A stretch of DNA of 64,000 bases from Octopus sinensis (lineage: Eukaryota), in assembly GCF_006345805.1 (NCBI RefSeq), contig NC_042997.1, positions 21,638,001 through 21,702,000 on the forward strand, written 5' to 3'. The position numbers and the translations under genes are program-made. This document shows, one piece after another, positions 50,755 through 63,260 of the stretch. How positions within the stretch are numbered: position 1 is the first letter of the stretch; the number at the start of each line of letters is the position of its first letter. Below the pieces are notes generated by a model, which was given only the letters and a program-made list of their open reading frames with translations, was not told the DNA's origin and did no database searches.

Positions 50755-51122
50755 GTTATTATTATTAGGTCACTGCGTAGAATCGAACTCGGAATCTTGG
50801 GGTTAGTAGCCCTCGCTCTCAACCACTACGCCATATACCCGTGGGGATAAGAGGGCAAGCTACTAACCCTAAAATTCCGAGTTCGATTCCAAGCAGTGAC
50901 CTGAACAATAATAATAATAATATAATAATAATAATAATAACAACATCGAAAAATTCCTTAGGAATGAGAACCCAGGTTCGAAATCTCCCCCAAGACACCT
51001 GAAGAAGGCTGGAGGGTATATCAGCCGTAACGTGTTAACAACAACAACAACAAAAAAGGACAAATATCCGTCGAATGCAAATAATGTACATAATTCCTCA
51101 TCTCTTAAATATAGAACTGTAT
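50721..51122. mobile_element. Head-to-head element: tRNA-like Pol III head, (AAT)n, hammerhead-like motif
   Basis: Minus copy of the head at 50767-50847 (A-box TGGCGTAGTGG, B-box GAGTTCGATTC); plus copy at 50848-51122 continuing into ACAC-CUGAAGA-A-GGCUG..CAGCC-GUAA-CGU (50995-51035). Confidence 0.75.
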
Positions 51123-51682
51123 TACTCACACGTATACACACATAAACACGGACACATATGCTCGCACGCACACATACATATGTACACAGACACATGTATA
51201 CACACACATGCACAACACACACACACATATAAATACAGACACAAACTCACGCATACAGGTGCGCACACATGCATACACGCGCGCATTCCACTGAATCGGC
51301 CTTGAATGTGACAGGCTACGTATTGTATTTTGTCAATTCTGGAAGGATCAAAGCTGAAGTCACCTTCTAACAGATATTGCATTAAAATATAACACAGTGG
51401 ACTTTAAACATTGCATGCCATTGTCTATGCCAACCTAACATAACAGCCGTTTCTAATACAGGTATGAATATATGGGTGTTGATTTTTATATATTTTAACT
51501 CTAGAAAGTTGATGGACAAAGCAGAAATCCGATGGCATTTGAACATCGAACATAAAGCCTCACAACTCAACAATGTATTTCATTCCGTCTGATAATCTAC
51601 CTATTCTTTTAATTCGACATTCTATTGAAATTGATTGAACATTGTTTGGAATTTATTTTATGTAAGACTATAACCATTTATA

Positions 51683-52016
51683 ATAGTTGTATACTGTCAA
51701 TTTAACGTGACAGTAGGGGATTACACTACCGTTGTTTAGCCCTAGGAAGCATCGAACGCTTCCTGTCGACTTTGACACATTTACTGTGTCCTTATATATA
51801 TTTACGAAGGGGAGACGAATACCCCCAAATACATCCCCTTCGTAATAAGGACACAGTAAATGTGTCGAAGACGACAGGAAGCGTTCGATGCTTCCTAGGG
51901 CTAAACAGCGGTGGTGTAATCCCCTACTGTCACGTTAAATTGACAGTATACAACTATTATATCGCCCCACCACTGTACATATCTCTATGAGATATTTAGA
52001 AATTTAATATTTCTGA
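51683..52016. mobile_element. Short palindromic non-coding element, diverged relative of the 2904-9108 unit
   Basis: 14-bp direct repeat TATAACCATTTATA at 51669-51682 and 52017-52030; about 112-bp inverted arms at about 51680-51794 and 51844-51960. Confidence 0.8.
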
Positions 52017-52534
52017 TATAACCATTTATAGTTGTGGATTGATAAAATTTGAAAAAATATATGGTATATGTGATACCTTTGAATGAAACCCAAAATAAAG
52101 AAATTGTATGTGTTTGTGTGTGTGTGTGTGTGTGTGTGCGTGAGAGAGAGAGAGAGACCGACAGACAGACAGATTATAAATGTTCGTACTTATTTTATGA
52201 ATTATATATATTTGGAGTGTTATATAAAATCTTATTCGAAAATATTATTGAGCAATAAAAATCATTATCTAAAAACTAAACCATAATTATAAATCATATA
52301 TCGTATTAATTTGTATACAGTCGCAAAAATTACTTTTCTATGCAGTCAAAAAATTTGCCGGGAGGTATAGAGAATTTCATCGTCCTAGTTACTCTCCAAC
52401 CAAACGAAGAATAAATATAAATTTGCGTTCGGTCGAATTTCAATTTCAGAACATAAAGGGAAATAACTCCATACTGCAAACCAATAAATCCTGTAACTTA
52501 TCATTTCTGTAAATACACAGCCGTATATTCTCTA

Positions 52535-52942
52535 TTCTCTTACTCTTTTACTTGTTTCAGTCATTTGACTGCGGCCATGCTGGAGCACCGCCTTTAGTCG
52601 AGCAAATCGACCTCAGGACTTATGTTTTGTAAGCCTAGTACTTACTCTATCGGTATCTTTTGCCGAACCGCTAGCTTACGGGGACGTAAACACACCAGCA
52701 TCGGTTGTAAGCGATGTTGGGGTGGGGTGGGGGGGTAAACACAGACATACAAACATATACACACGCATACATATATATATACATACATATATACGATGGG
52801 CTTCTTACAGTTTCCGTCTACCAAATCCACTCACAAGGCTTTGGTCGGCTCGAGGCTATAGTAGAAGACTCTTGCCCAAGGTGCCATGCGGTGGGAGTGA
52901 ACCCAGAACCATGTGGTTGGCAAGCAAGCTAATTACCACACA
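52535..52942 (-). mobile_element. SINE family B
   Basis: Colinear with the other family B copies. Confidence 0.85.
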
Positions 52943-53611
52943 CCCAAATTTCTATTATAGACACAAGCCAAAAATACTAGTTGTGGAAATTGTCTTTGAA
53001 TTTTTCTTTAGTAATTTGCTTGTAATTTATTCTATCAACACACATAGAGTAATTGTTAGATTTTACAGAATGTTAACATTTTTCACCCACCCCGCCGGTG
53101 TATTTCTACCATTTCACGAATGGCCGGGCTCTAAATCAGTGAATTTCAAACGGGGTCCATATAGGATTTTGTCGTTAAAATTTATGAGCAATAAATTGGT
53201 TATACTTCTACAATGCACAAAATATTTTAACTTTATTTTTTATACAATTCCTTATAATATTTAATTATAAAAATATAATAAGAGTTTTTTTTTAAACATC
53301 GAATATCTATGACGGTTCAGTAGAATAAAATATGAATTAAAAGTGTCCATAGGCAAAAGGTGGTTGCGAATCACTGCTCTAAACCTTTGAATTCTCCTCT
53401 TCCCAAAAATCTTAAAACTCTTTCCATTTTGTTAATTTGTACCTAACATCTTTCAATGCACACCATCGGTAATTTCTTTGGATTACTCTTCTCCAAGTGA
53501 AATTTAACCCCTTGTGGGCAATAAAAGAATAAATATCAGAGATGAAATGAATTCTCAAAGCAATGTCATTTTCAGCAATTATATCATCCCAGCAATATAC
53601 TACAACTGTAG

Positions 53612-53820
53612 GAACGGTGAGCTGGCAGAATCGTTAGTACGTCGGGCAAAATGCTTAGTGGCATAACGTCCTGAGTTCAAATTCCACCGAGGTCGATTTT
53701 GCTTTTCGTTCTTTCGAGGTCCATAAAATAATTACCAATTGAGCACTGGGATCGATGTAATTGCCTTATACCCCACCACCGAAATTTCTGGCCTTATGCC
53801 AAAATTTGAAACCAATATTA
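53612..53820 (+). mobile_element. SINE family A
   Basis: A/B boxes and central block. Confidence 0.75.
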
Positions 53821-54378
53821 GAAGTAAAATGGTGTTAATAGTCCCTTTACTGATTAATATGTAGATAAATAATTGTTTCTTAATTAGAGTTGAAAGTACG
53901 ACTAGAGTATTACGTGAAAATATAATGTAACTTTAAAACGACATATGAACTATACATAAAATTATTTCAGAGACTACTAAGATAAAATGATGAACTTCCA
54001 TTCAATGTCAACGATGGACGCTCCATTGCTTGACCATTCCAAAAACTAATGCTTAAGCGGTTGGATATTTCTCGGGCACATGTACTCCTAACGTAGTTCT
54101 CGGACAGAATCAGCTACAGGAGGCTGGTTCTTGGAGATTGGTACATTGTCAATCCACAGATAAATAGAAAAAAAAAGTTGGGAATCGCCTCCATCACCGG
54201 AGTGTATTGAATATATCAACTCCCGAAGAATGAAAGGCAAACAAGATTTCAGTGGAACTTGATCATAAAGTGCAGAAAACCGGAACGAGTGTCATTAGTA
54301 ATTCAAGCAAATGGCTTGAAGTTTCCACCAATTCGTCAGTTTTAAAATAAGATAAACAGCATTTCAAAGGTAACATTA

Positions 54379-56638
54379 CGCTGTACAACAATGATTTTGC
54401 TACAGAGGAGAAATCATAATTTTCTGGAACAGTTTTTACCTAGATATGAAAATGAACTCCGTTTTTCATGAAATGACTCCAGTGTTTCGTAAAATGCGCC
54501 GTCACTAAACGGTATGTTTTTGCTAGAAAATGGGTATTTTTCAGTGAAAATAACATTTTTTTCCTAGAATTAAAACGAGTTTTCTGCAAAATGGGTTGTT
54601 ATTAATAGTAAATACGTTATTTGCGTCTTTTATAAAAGGAAGAACATCTGTTTTTTAGTACAATATTTATGTTTTTTTCTATGTATAGCATCAGGTCTAT
54701 CTCTCTGAAGAAACCAGCAAAAGTCAGCAAGCATGGCGGGACTCCACTTCCCCTCAGATCGAGTTTCCATTTGACTTATGTCTTGGTGGAATGTTTGTTG
54801 CTGATGTCTGCTGCATTCTAAGGAAATAAAGCTAGATGCGAATGCAAATAGCGAACTTTTAACGACATTATGATTTAGCACCCTAATGATTTGTACAAAT
54901 CAATGAGTTTTCCTACAAGTACTTCATTGTTGGCTGCTCTGCGCTTCCCATGTAGACCATAACATACGTTTCTGAAACTTTGCCATGCATCCAATTCCAA
55001 CATATTCAAGGTGTTTTCAAAATTATCGTTTGTCAAAAGTTGCCGAATTTGGGGACTGACAAACACGCCTTCTTTGATTTGCTCATGGCTTAGTTTGGGA
55101 AACTTAGTTTTCAAGTACAAAAATGGTGGCTCTTCCAGATTTAACTTCTTAACAAACTGTTTGATAGGACCTAATTTAATATGCAATGGAGGCAAACTTA
55201 TTTTCTCCTTAAGAACCAGTGGTTCACGTATAACGTTATGTGAACCTATTTCTCATTCATTTCTCAATGGCTATTCACTACGGATATAATGCTCTTACCA
55301 AGCACGGCTGTCCTATTGACACAAAAAGTACATGTACTAAGTAAACCCAGCCTACAAGCCAATTACAATCACTACAATTTTCAAGTTAGCACAAATCAGC
55401 CATTTACACTCATTATATCTTATACAACCTAATGTGAACGATAAATTTTCATACGTTTCCTTTAGTGCAACAGAATGAGCTACAGGAACTGACGGAAGTT
55501 TATTACCTATGTGCGGTAGCACAGCTTTAGTACTATAAAGCGAAGAGTCTAAGAATAGCCACCACTCACTAGGGTCGTAATTTAAGCCAAGATACTCAAA
55601 GAGTCCATTCATTTCAATTTTTTCTATTAAACCATCTGGACAATTTCGAAATTTTGTGATGCTGACATCTTGAGTTTCCAAGTTTCTTTTCTTTAACCTA
55701 GAAGACAGTAAGTCGCTCTGCATTTTCGTTAATCTCAAATCCCGAACAAGATCGTTTAACTCATCCTGTGCAAGGGGTTTCGGTCCGGATTGTTCTGATG
55801 CAGGCACATACACCTCATCTTGTTCACAATTCTCTTCTGATTCACTAATATCGGATAAAACCATGTTCGCAGGTACCGTAGGTATCGGAATGCTGGCCGA
55901 ATGAGGTGCAGTCCGAATGGCGGATTTTACATTCGGATACATCCCGACGGTGCACTCTTCGTTGTTATATCTGTTAAGAAAATAAATTATATTATAGCAT
56001 TTCCTATATTTAATGTAACGAATAAAAATAAATATATTTAGATACATTTATGCTAAGTTTACTGAAAATAAAAAACACACCTTTAACATCTACAAGATAG
56101 AAATAGTAGTCAGAATGGTGGTCTTGTGGTTCATGCCAATTCATTGGAATTCCAAACTGCATACTTCTTAACTTTCCCAAAGACCATTGGTACATGCTGT
56201 GCAACATATATGTGGTGCCCAACTTTGATCTTGGTCTCCTATCATCACTCAAAAATATATAAATAATACTGCTTGTTTTTTTTTTTACCAATGGCGTAAT
56301 AATTCTTGAATACTTCTGGAATGTCACAGCACCACAGCTATAACAATTTGTCTGGGTGATTTCTACACAGACCTCTTGTTATTTTAATGCAATTTTTATT
56401 CTAATTAAAGATTTAATTAAATGTTTATAGGTATTTTATAGCTTTTTTTTCTCTGAAAATCTGAAAAATGAAAAATTGAATTATAAAAATACCCTAATAT
56501 TAAAAAGCAGAATTACCATAAACTAAAGTCATTCTGTGAGAAACGGTTGCCATTTCTGTGATCTACGCATAAAATTATCTTAGAAAACCTTATTCTCATC
56601 TCCGTAGTCGAAATAACGTTCAGTTTTGTTGTACAGTA
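54379..56638 (-). mobile_element. Chapaev3-like (CMC) DNA transposon with a decayed, intron-containing transposase
   Basis: Termini CGCTGTACAACAA / TTGTTGTACAGTA (degenerate CAC..GTG), TTA on the left; motifs FGIPMNWHEP.DHH.DY, FLDSS..S.KAVL.H, LPPLHIKLG, FHQDISQME.R..GKWSP.MLADFCW; probable intron at about 55972-56085. Confidence 0.75.
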
Positions 56639-57115
56639 TTTTCAACGAAAAAAAATGATACAAGGGAGACAACTCTGTATTTTTTCCTCTTGTTCTTACA
56701 CTTCATAGTGAGTAGAGCCAAATGTTTTGTTTATCTCTGTTTTAGATAACACTTCATGTAATGACACTAATTAGCAGAAATAGTAGAACACTATATGTCA
56801 TTAATCAGATGCAGTATTTAGTGACATTACATTCTAGGTTCAAATCCAGGATGCATAGAACAATTTAATTGACAATCCCCTTCAAGAAAATTTCTTTGCA
56901 CACATCCATCAATACTATTATTATAACAAAAGAAATCATCATTATTATAATTAAAATATATTTTTAAGACAGTGGTAGTAGTAGTAGTAAGTCATTCGTC
57001 TATGTCGCATCCAGTGCTTTAATAGGTACCAGTTCACCACTGTAATCGGCATACCTCACCTCTCCCTAAATTTACTAGCTCTTCTCCAAACTTTGAAACC
57101 ATTATTATTATTATT

Positions 57116-57531
57116 GAGTGAGAGAGCAGTTCATGCCATCAAAGTGACACTGGGGTAAAATATACGAAGCCCAATATACCCATCATGACTTCCCGTCTGA
57201 TAAGGGTACACCAGGCACATGCATCACAACCATACGTGCACGACATGGTGATCTCATATCAAGGTAAACAGCGCATGACCTTGCAGGTGGGGCCCAGTTA
57301 GAATTTTCTTCTGGTGGAGTAGCCTATCCCGCTCAAAAGGTCCCTGAATAAGGGTTGTTTAAGGATGTTGAAAGAACCACCCATGTTTCCAGAGGTGAAT
57401 TATTCAAACCCCAAAGAATCCCTCTCAACACATGGCTATGATGCTCCCCCACTACTTCTGCTCGTGATCAGAGATGCACATATCGTCAGCCACTAAGGGA
57501 CATGCTCAACTGGTTAAGGTCGTAATTTTAA
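57116..57531 (-). mobile_element. Family E interspersed repeat with (AAT)n tail, truncated copy
   Basis: Homologous to 58341-58790 and 59456-59987. Confidence 0.85.
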
Positions 57532-58340
57532 CCAATCAATGACGTGTATTCAGCTGAAGAAAATTATTGCTGCTGTTTGCAAACAACAACTTCTGGGTCC
57601 CCTCCGAATTTTCAAAGTGTTTACTTAAAAGAAAAATTAATAAAAAAAATATGCTGGTCAGATTGAAAAGATCCCGTCTTTGTTTATTTGTTGTGGACAA
57701 GATATCTCAAGAAATGCTAAATGGATTCGGATGAAACTTTCAGGGATAATTGGCCTCATGACTGGCACGAACTGATTAGATTTTGGGATCAATCTGGTAT
57801 CAGAGAAGGATTCTAGATTATTTTTTCGGTTTTTTTTTTTGTTGTTTTACCTAATTTTTGAGAGCAGCCGTGTTCATTTTTAGTATTCTCGTTTGTGAGA
57901 GCAGTCGAGTTTATTTCAGATATTCTTATTTTAAAAACCATCTCCGGCTAATCGTTGAGAAGACGTTAGCGTTGCCTTGGCGGAAGTTTGCGCCCTGTGA
58001 GTGCTCTTGTTATTATTATCATCACCATCTTTCAATTCTGTTTCCATTTCTTGCCGAGTGTCTTCCTGGTACCTATGGAAGAGAAACTCACTGTATACAT
58101 TGGCAAGCAATTAAAATAAACACACCAGATTGTTCATTTACAGAGTCACGTGATAGAGAAAAAAGGGCAAATAGACAGAGAGAAAAAGGAAAAAAATTAA
58201 AAAGTAAACAAAGAAAATAGGAGCGTGGAACAAAAATTCCCAAACTCTTCTCAGTACCTGTGACGTACTAGTTTAAACAATCTTCTGCACTTCCTGCATG
58301 TATGGTAAGCCAGAGATCTATTATTATTATTATTATTATT

Positions 58341-58790
58341 GAGTGAGAGAGTAGGGCATGCCACCAAAGTGACACTGGTGTAAAATATATGAAGCCCATT
58401 ATACCCATCATGACTTCCCGTCTTATAAGGGTACACCAGGCACATGTATCACAACCACATGTGTGTGACATGGTGATCTTATATCAAGATAAACAGCGCA
58501 TGACCTCGCAGGTAGGGCCCAGTTAGAATTTTCTTCAGACCGAGTAGCCCATCCCGCGCAAAAGGTCCCTGAGTAAGGGTCGTTTAAGGATGTTTTACTA
58601 GACACCCATGTTTCCAGAGGTGAATTATCCAAACCCAAACAAATTTTCTTCAACACATGGCTATGATGATCAGAGATGCACAATTCATCAGCTACTAAGG
58701 AACATGCTCAACTGGTTAAGGTCAAACAAGTGACAAGTAAATCTGTGGTATTGAGCAGTTAAGATCAGAAACCATGAGAATCACTGTCTT
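58341..58790 (-). mobile_element. Family E repeat, internally deleted copy
   Basis: Same family; ATT-like repeats on both sides. Confidence 0.85.
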
Positions 58791-59411
58791 ATTATTGTTA
58801 TTACTGTTATCGCGTGTAGGGCGGATCCGGTCATCAGCCGAGCCCATCGTGAAGATCGCCCCGCTGCCTTCCTTTCTTTGGCCGGGAAGGAAATGCAATT
58901 TTTCACTGTCTAGTGGCTATGACGAAAGAAGTAGTGTGGTGGACAAGGCTGAAAGGACTGAAGACAGATACTTTCTTCTTCAGCTAAGCCCTCATTGGCT
59001 TTTTCAAGTTCCACTTGAAAAAGAAATTGAAGGTAGAGAGTTAAGTTCTGCCCCACCAGTAAATTTGGTGAAAGACAGCTGCATGTGACGACAATGGCCC
59101 ATGTGAATGGGCCTACACTGAAGCTTCGTTTGTAAACCGGAGGTGTTAAGGAGAGCGGTGCCTGCTGAGGTGCACCTGGCAGTTGGGGTAACCAAGCTGC
59201 GTGGGGTTTTGCGGTTGTCTCTGTAAGGAACTCCCTACTTTGGGGGAATTCTTATAGTTAAATTGTTTTCTTATTTGTTTTTTTAATACTTATTCTATAC
59301 ACGGCATTGTTCAACATCCCACTTGTCCTTTGTATTGCATTGTCCCTATTTGTCGTGCCTGGCCCTTGTGGCCAATAAAAGAAAGTATTATTACTATTAT
59401 TATTGTTATTA

Positions 59412-59455
<44 letters not shown>

Positions 59456-59987
59456 GAGTGAGAGAGTAGGGCATGCCATCAAAGTGACACTGGGGTAAAA
59501 TATACGAAGCCCAGTATGGGTACACTAGGCTCATGCATCACAACCATATGTGCGCAACATGGTGCTATTATATCAAGATAAACAGCACATGACCTTGCAG
59601 GTGGGGCCCAGTTAGAATTTTCTTCTGGTCAAGTAACCCATCCGGCTCAAAAGGTCCCTGAATAAGGGTTGTTTAAGGATGTTGAACGAAACACCCATGT
59701 TTCCAGAGGTGAATTATTCAAACCTCAAAGAATCCCTCTCAACACATGGCTATGATGCTCCCCCACTACATCTGCTTGTGATCAGAGATGCACATATCGT
59801 CAGCCACTAAGGAAGATGCCCAGCTGGTTTAGGTCGAACAACTGACAAGCAAATCTGTGGTATTGAACAGAATATTTGCTGTAGCCCATCTTTTATACCA
59901 AGACAAAACAATGTATATGATAACACTTCCAATCAGTTGAGATCAGAAGCCATGAGAGCCACTGCCTGGTACTGCATTAGGGCATTT
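59456..59987 (-). mobile_element. Family E repeat, most complete copy
   Basis: About 530 bp, non-coding, (AAT)n tail. Confidence 0.85.
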
Positions 59988-59994
59988 ACCTGGT

Positions 59995-60004
59995 ACTGCT
60001 GCTG

Positions 60005-60048
<44 letters not shown>

Positions 60049-60067
60049 CCACCACCACCACCACACC

Positions 60068-60098
<31 letters not shown>

Positions 60099-60106
60099 GC
60101 ACCACC

Positions 60107-60137
<31 letters not shown>

Positions 60138-60187
60138 GCACCACCACCACCACCACCACCATCACTACCATCATCATCATCATTATT
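59995..60187. repeat. Compound (CAT)n/(CAC)n microsatellite
   Basis: Direct inspection. Confidence 0.95.
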
Positions 60188-60188
60188 A

Positions 60189-61006
60189 AGGCGGCGAGCT
60201 GACAGAAACGTTAGCACGCCGGGCAAATGCTTAGCTGTATTTCGTCTGTCATTACGTTGTGAGTTCAAATTCCGCCGAGGTTGACTTTGCCTTTCATCCT
60301 TTCGGTGTCGATAAATTAAGTACCAGTTACGCACTGGGGTCGATGCAATCGACTTAATACCTATGTCTGTCCTTGTTTGTCCCCTCTATGTTTAACACCT
60401 TGTGGGTAATAAAGAAATAGGTATTTCGTTTGCCGTTACGTTCCGAGTTCAAATTCTGCTGAGGTCGACTTTGCCTTTCGTCTTTTCAGGGTCAATTAAA
60501 TAAGTACTAGTTGTGCACTGGGCTCGATATAATCGACTTAATCCGTTTGTCTGTCTTTGTTTGTCCTCTCTGTGTTTAGCCCCTTGTGGGTAGTAAAGAA
60601 ATAGGTATGTTGTCTGTCTTTATGTTCCGAGTTCAAATTCCGCCAAGGTTGACTTTGCCTTTCATCCTTTTGGAGCCGATAAATTAAGTACCAGTTACGC
60701 ACTGGGGTCGATGTAATCGACTTAATCCCTTTATCTGTCCTTGTTTGTCCCCTCTATGTTTAACCCGTTGTGGGCAATAAAGAAATAAGAATCGTTAGCA
60801 CGACAGGAAAATGCTTAGCGGCATTTCGTCCTTCTTTACGTTCCGAGTTCAAATTCCGTCGAGGTCGACTTTGCCTTTCATCCTTTCGGGGTCGATTAAA
60901 TAAGTACCAGTTACGCACTGGGGTTGATGTAATCGACATAATCCGTTTGTCTGTCCTTGTTTGTCCCCTCTATGCTTAGCCCCTTGTGGGCAATAAAGAA
61001 ATAAGA
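60189..61006 (+). mobile_element. Tandem array of four SINE family A units
   Basis: Full copy to about 60420, two headless units (about 60418-60604 and 60605-60788), one nearly full unit from about 60789. Confidence 0.88.
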
Positions 61007-61009
61007 AAC

Positions 61010-61265
61010 TGAAAGACACCTGTCGTATATGTACATGTGTATATATCTATAGGTGTGTGTCCGTGTGTTTGTGTTTGTCCTTCATCACAGCTTGACTACC
61101 GGTGTTGGTTTGTTTATGCACCTGTAACCTTGCGGCTCGGCAAAAAGAAACGTATAAGTACTAAGCTTAAAATATGTACTGGGATCGATTTATTTGACAA
61201 AGCACTTCAAAGCAGTGTTCCATCATGATTGCAGTTGAGTGAATGAAACAAAAAAATGATAAAAA
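61010..61265 (+). mobile_element. Degenerate SINE family B, 3' half
   Basis: Decayed match to 40760-41067. Confidence 0.6.
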
Positions 61266-61539
61266 GATACTCATCAAACTATTTTCATTTTGTTTCCACT
61301 ATTTTCGCATGACTCTCTTCAATTATTTTCTTCTTAGTCACTAGATGTCATATGTTACCGGGGCAAAATATTTAATATTCCATCTGTTTGTTGTATAGAA
61401 TACTTGCTCTGTGAGATCTCTTATTGTTAACTGTCAGTAGCCTTTTATGTGCTGTATAAATTGTAAGTTACTTTATATTATTTGGTGGCAATTGTATAGA
61501 ATATGAGCTATGTGAGGGAAGAGTTATAGTAGCAGGTGT

Positions 61540-62700
61540 CGATTGTACTGAGCGAGTCAGTCTTTTTTTCTTTTGTCTTTGAGGTCATTTATATGAATAT
61601 AGAAAATAGACGCATGACTCATCAAAGAAAAGCTATATTTGAAAACAAATTGGTACAAATAATCTTGAGAATCCGTTCATCACAACCATTCAATGACTCC
61701 ACTGTTAGTATCAATGACTGCTTCAATACGGGGTCGGAAGCATTGACGTACTCAAATCAGATGATCTGAATTTTCTCTCGACTATACGCCATACATAATA
61801 GTCCAGTGGATTGAGGCCTTGTGAGTTAGGAGGCCATGTGTCTGGGAAAACATGATCATGGAGCTTGGAAAGCATCCATGCTTGGGTTATCCTAGCCTTA
61901 TAAGATGGTATAGAATCTTGTTGGAAGACGCATGGTCTCCCGTTGCGTACCCTCTCTATCTAGGGCCTCACAGCTCTCCCCAACACCTCCGTGTAGATAG
62001 TGACATTTAATCTTTCGCCTCGTTGCTGATGACCCCCAGAACCATCACAGTTGCCATGAACTTAGTATATACAACCGTTGGAACCTCATTCGGGTCTCTG
62101 GATAACTACTTAACATTCCTTCGGTTTACCTTTTGGTCCTGATCGAAATTTTTCTCATCGGAAAAAGAAACTCAAAGCATTCCAGCCCCTTTGTGTTTTA
62201 ACTTGTTTAACAAGCACCTTGCATGCATCGAGCAATTATCTCTTGTCACATCCAATATAAACTGACCCCTCATCGTCACATACAACTTGTACCGGATGTT
62301 CTCGTGCACAACTCTTCTGGTGGTGTACTCTGAAATATTGAATTCCTTTGCAATGCCTCTGACTGACTTTCTGGGATTTTTATCGATTATTTCTTGGACG
62401 TTTTGTATAAAGTTATGTGTTATGATGGTATCAAGGCTCAGTGCATGAGTTTTATATTTAGCTGCTGATGTTGGAACCCCGTTAGCAGCTTCCAGCTCCT
62501 TTCGAACATTGACAATGAAGGAACGAGTAACTTTCAGGATCGAGCTATCTCAGAATAACTATACTGTACTTTTAGGGCAACGACTACAGCGCGCCTTTTC
62601 ATTTACTGAGAGAACCTGATGTCTGACGTTATTTTTCTGAAAAGTAAGATAAAAAAGTAAGTTAGAAGAAAGTTAGAGTTCTTGAAAGAGGTACCCTCAA
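61540..62700 (-). mobile_element. maT/DD37D (Tc1/mariner superfamily) transposon relic
   Basis: FFSDEKNFDQDQKVN, VFQQDSIPSYKA, WPPNSQGLNPLDYYVW; TIRs not resolved. Confidence 0.82.
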
Positions 62701-62849
62701 AAAATTGTATTGTATCAATGGGTAGTATTTAAGTAGAGCATGTCCTGCATGAAATGTATAACTTGGTGGTGACTGTGTTGAGTATAAAATAATATAGGAA
62801 GTGGGCAATGCCGAGCAATACTATTTTTTCTATTTGCTGAGTTTGGAAG

Positions 62850-63260
62850 AAGAGGCTGACCTCATGACCCTTGCAGGCCTTCTGACACTGATGAGATTGA
62901 TATTAACGTTCCATTTAAACTGTTGCAGGTCAATATTTGTAGGAAAGACATGAGCAGGGAAGAGGTTCCAGAAAGTTCTGGGAATAGTGGTTAGGTTGGG
63001 TGCTACAAGGGCGATGAATGGTGGAAAGAGATGGGCGGGTGGGGTTATCTTAGTGATCGGTCACATCTGAGGAACAGAGACTATTATAGTAGTGTTAGAA
63101 AAAAAAGACAGTGAGAACGGAAACAAGAGGTTGGAGTGCATCCATTTGTGATGGTATACCAATCAGCCGAGTGACCCTTCTCTGGATGCGGTGAAGGATA
63201 TCAATTTCCGGAGCAGCAGTACCTTCGATTTGTGGTCGCAGCGCTCTAATTATGCATGTC
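62850..63260 (-). mobile_element. CR1/L2-type LINE 3' fragment
   Basis: LHRIQRRVTRLIG, HYYNSLCSSD, RTFWNLFPAHVFP..IDLQQFK. Confidence 0.6.
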
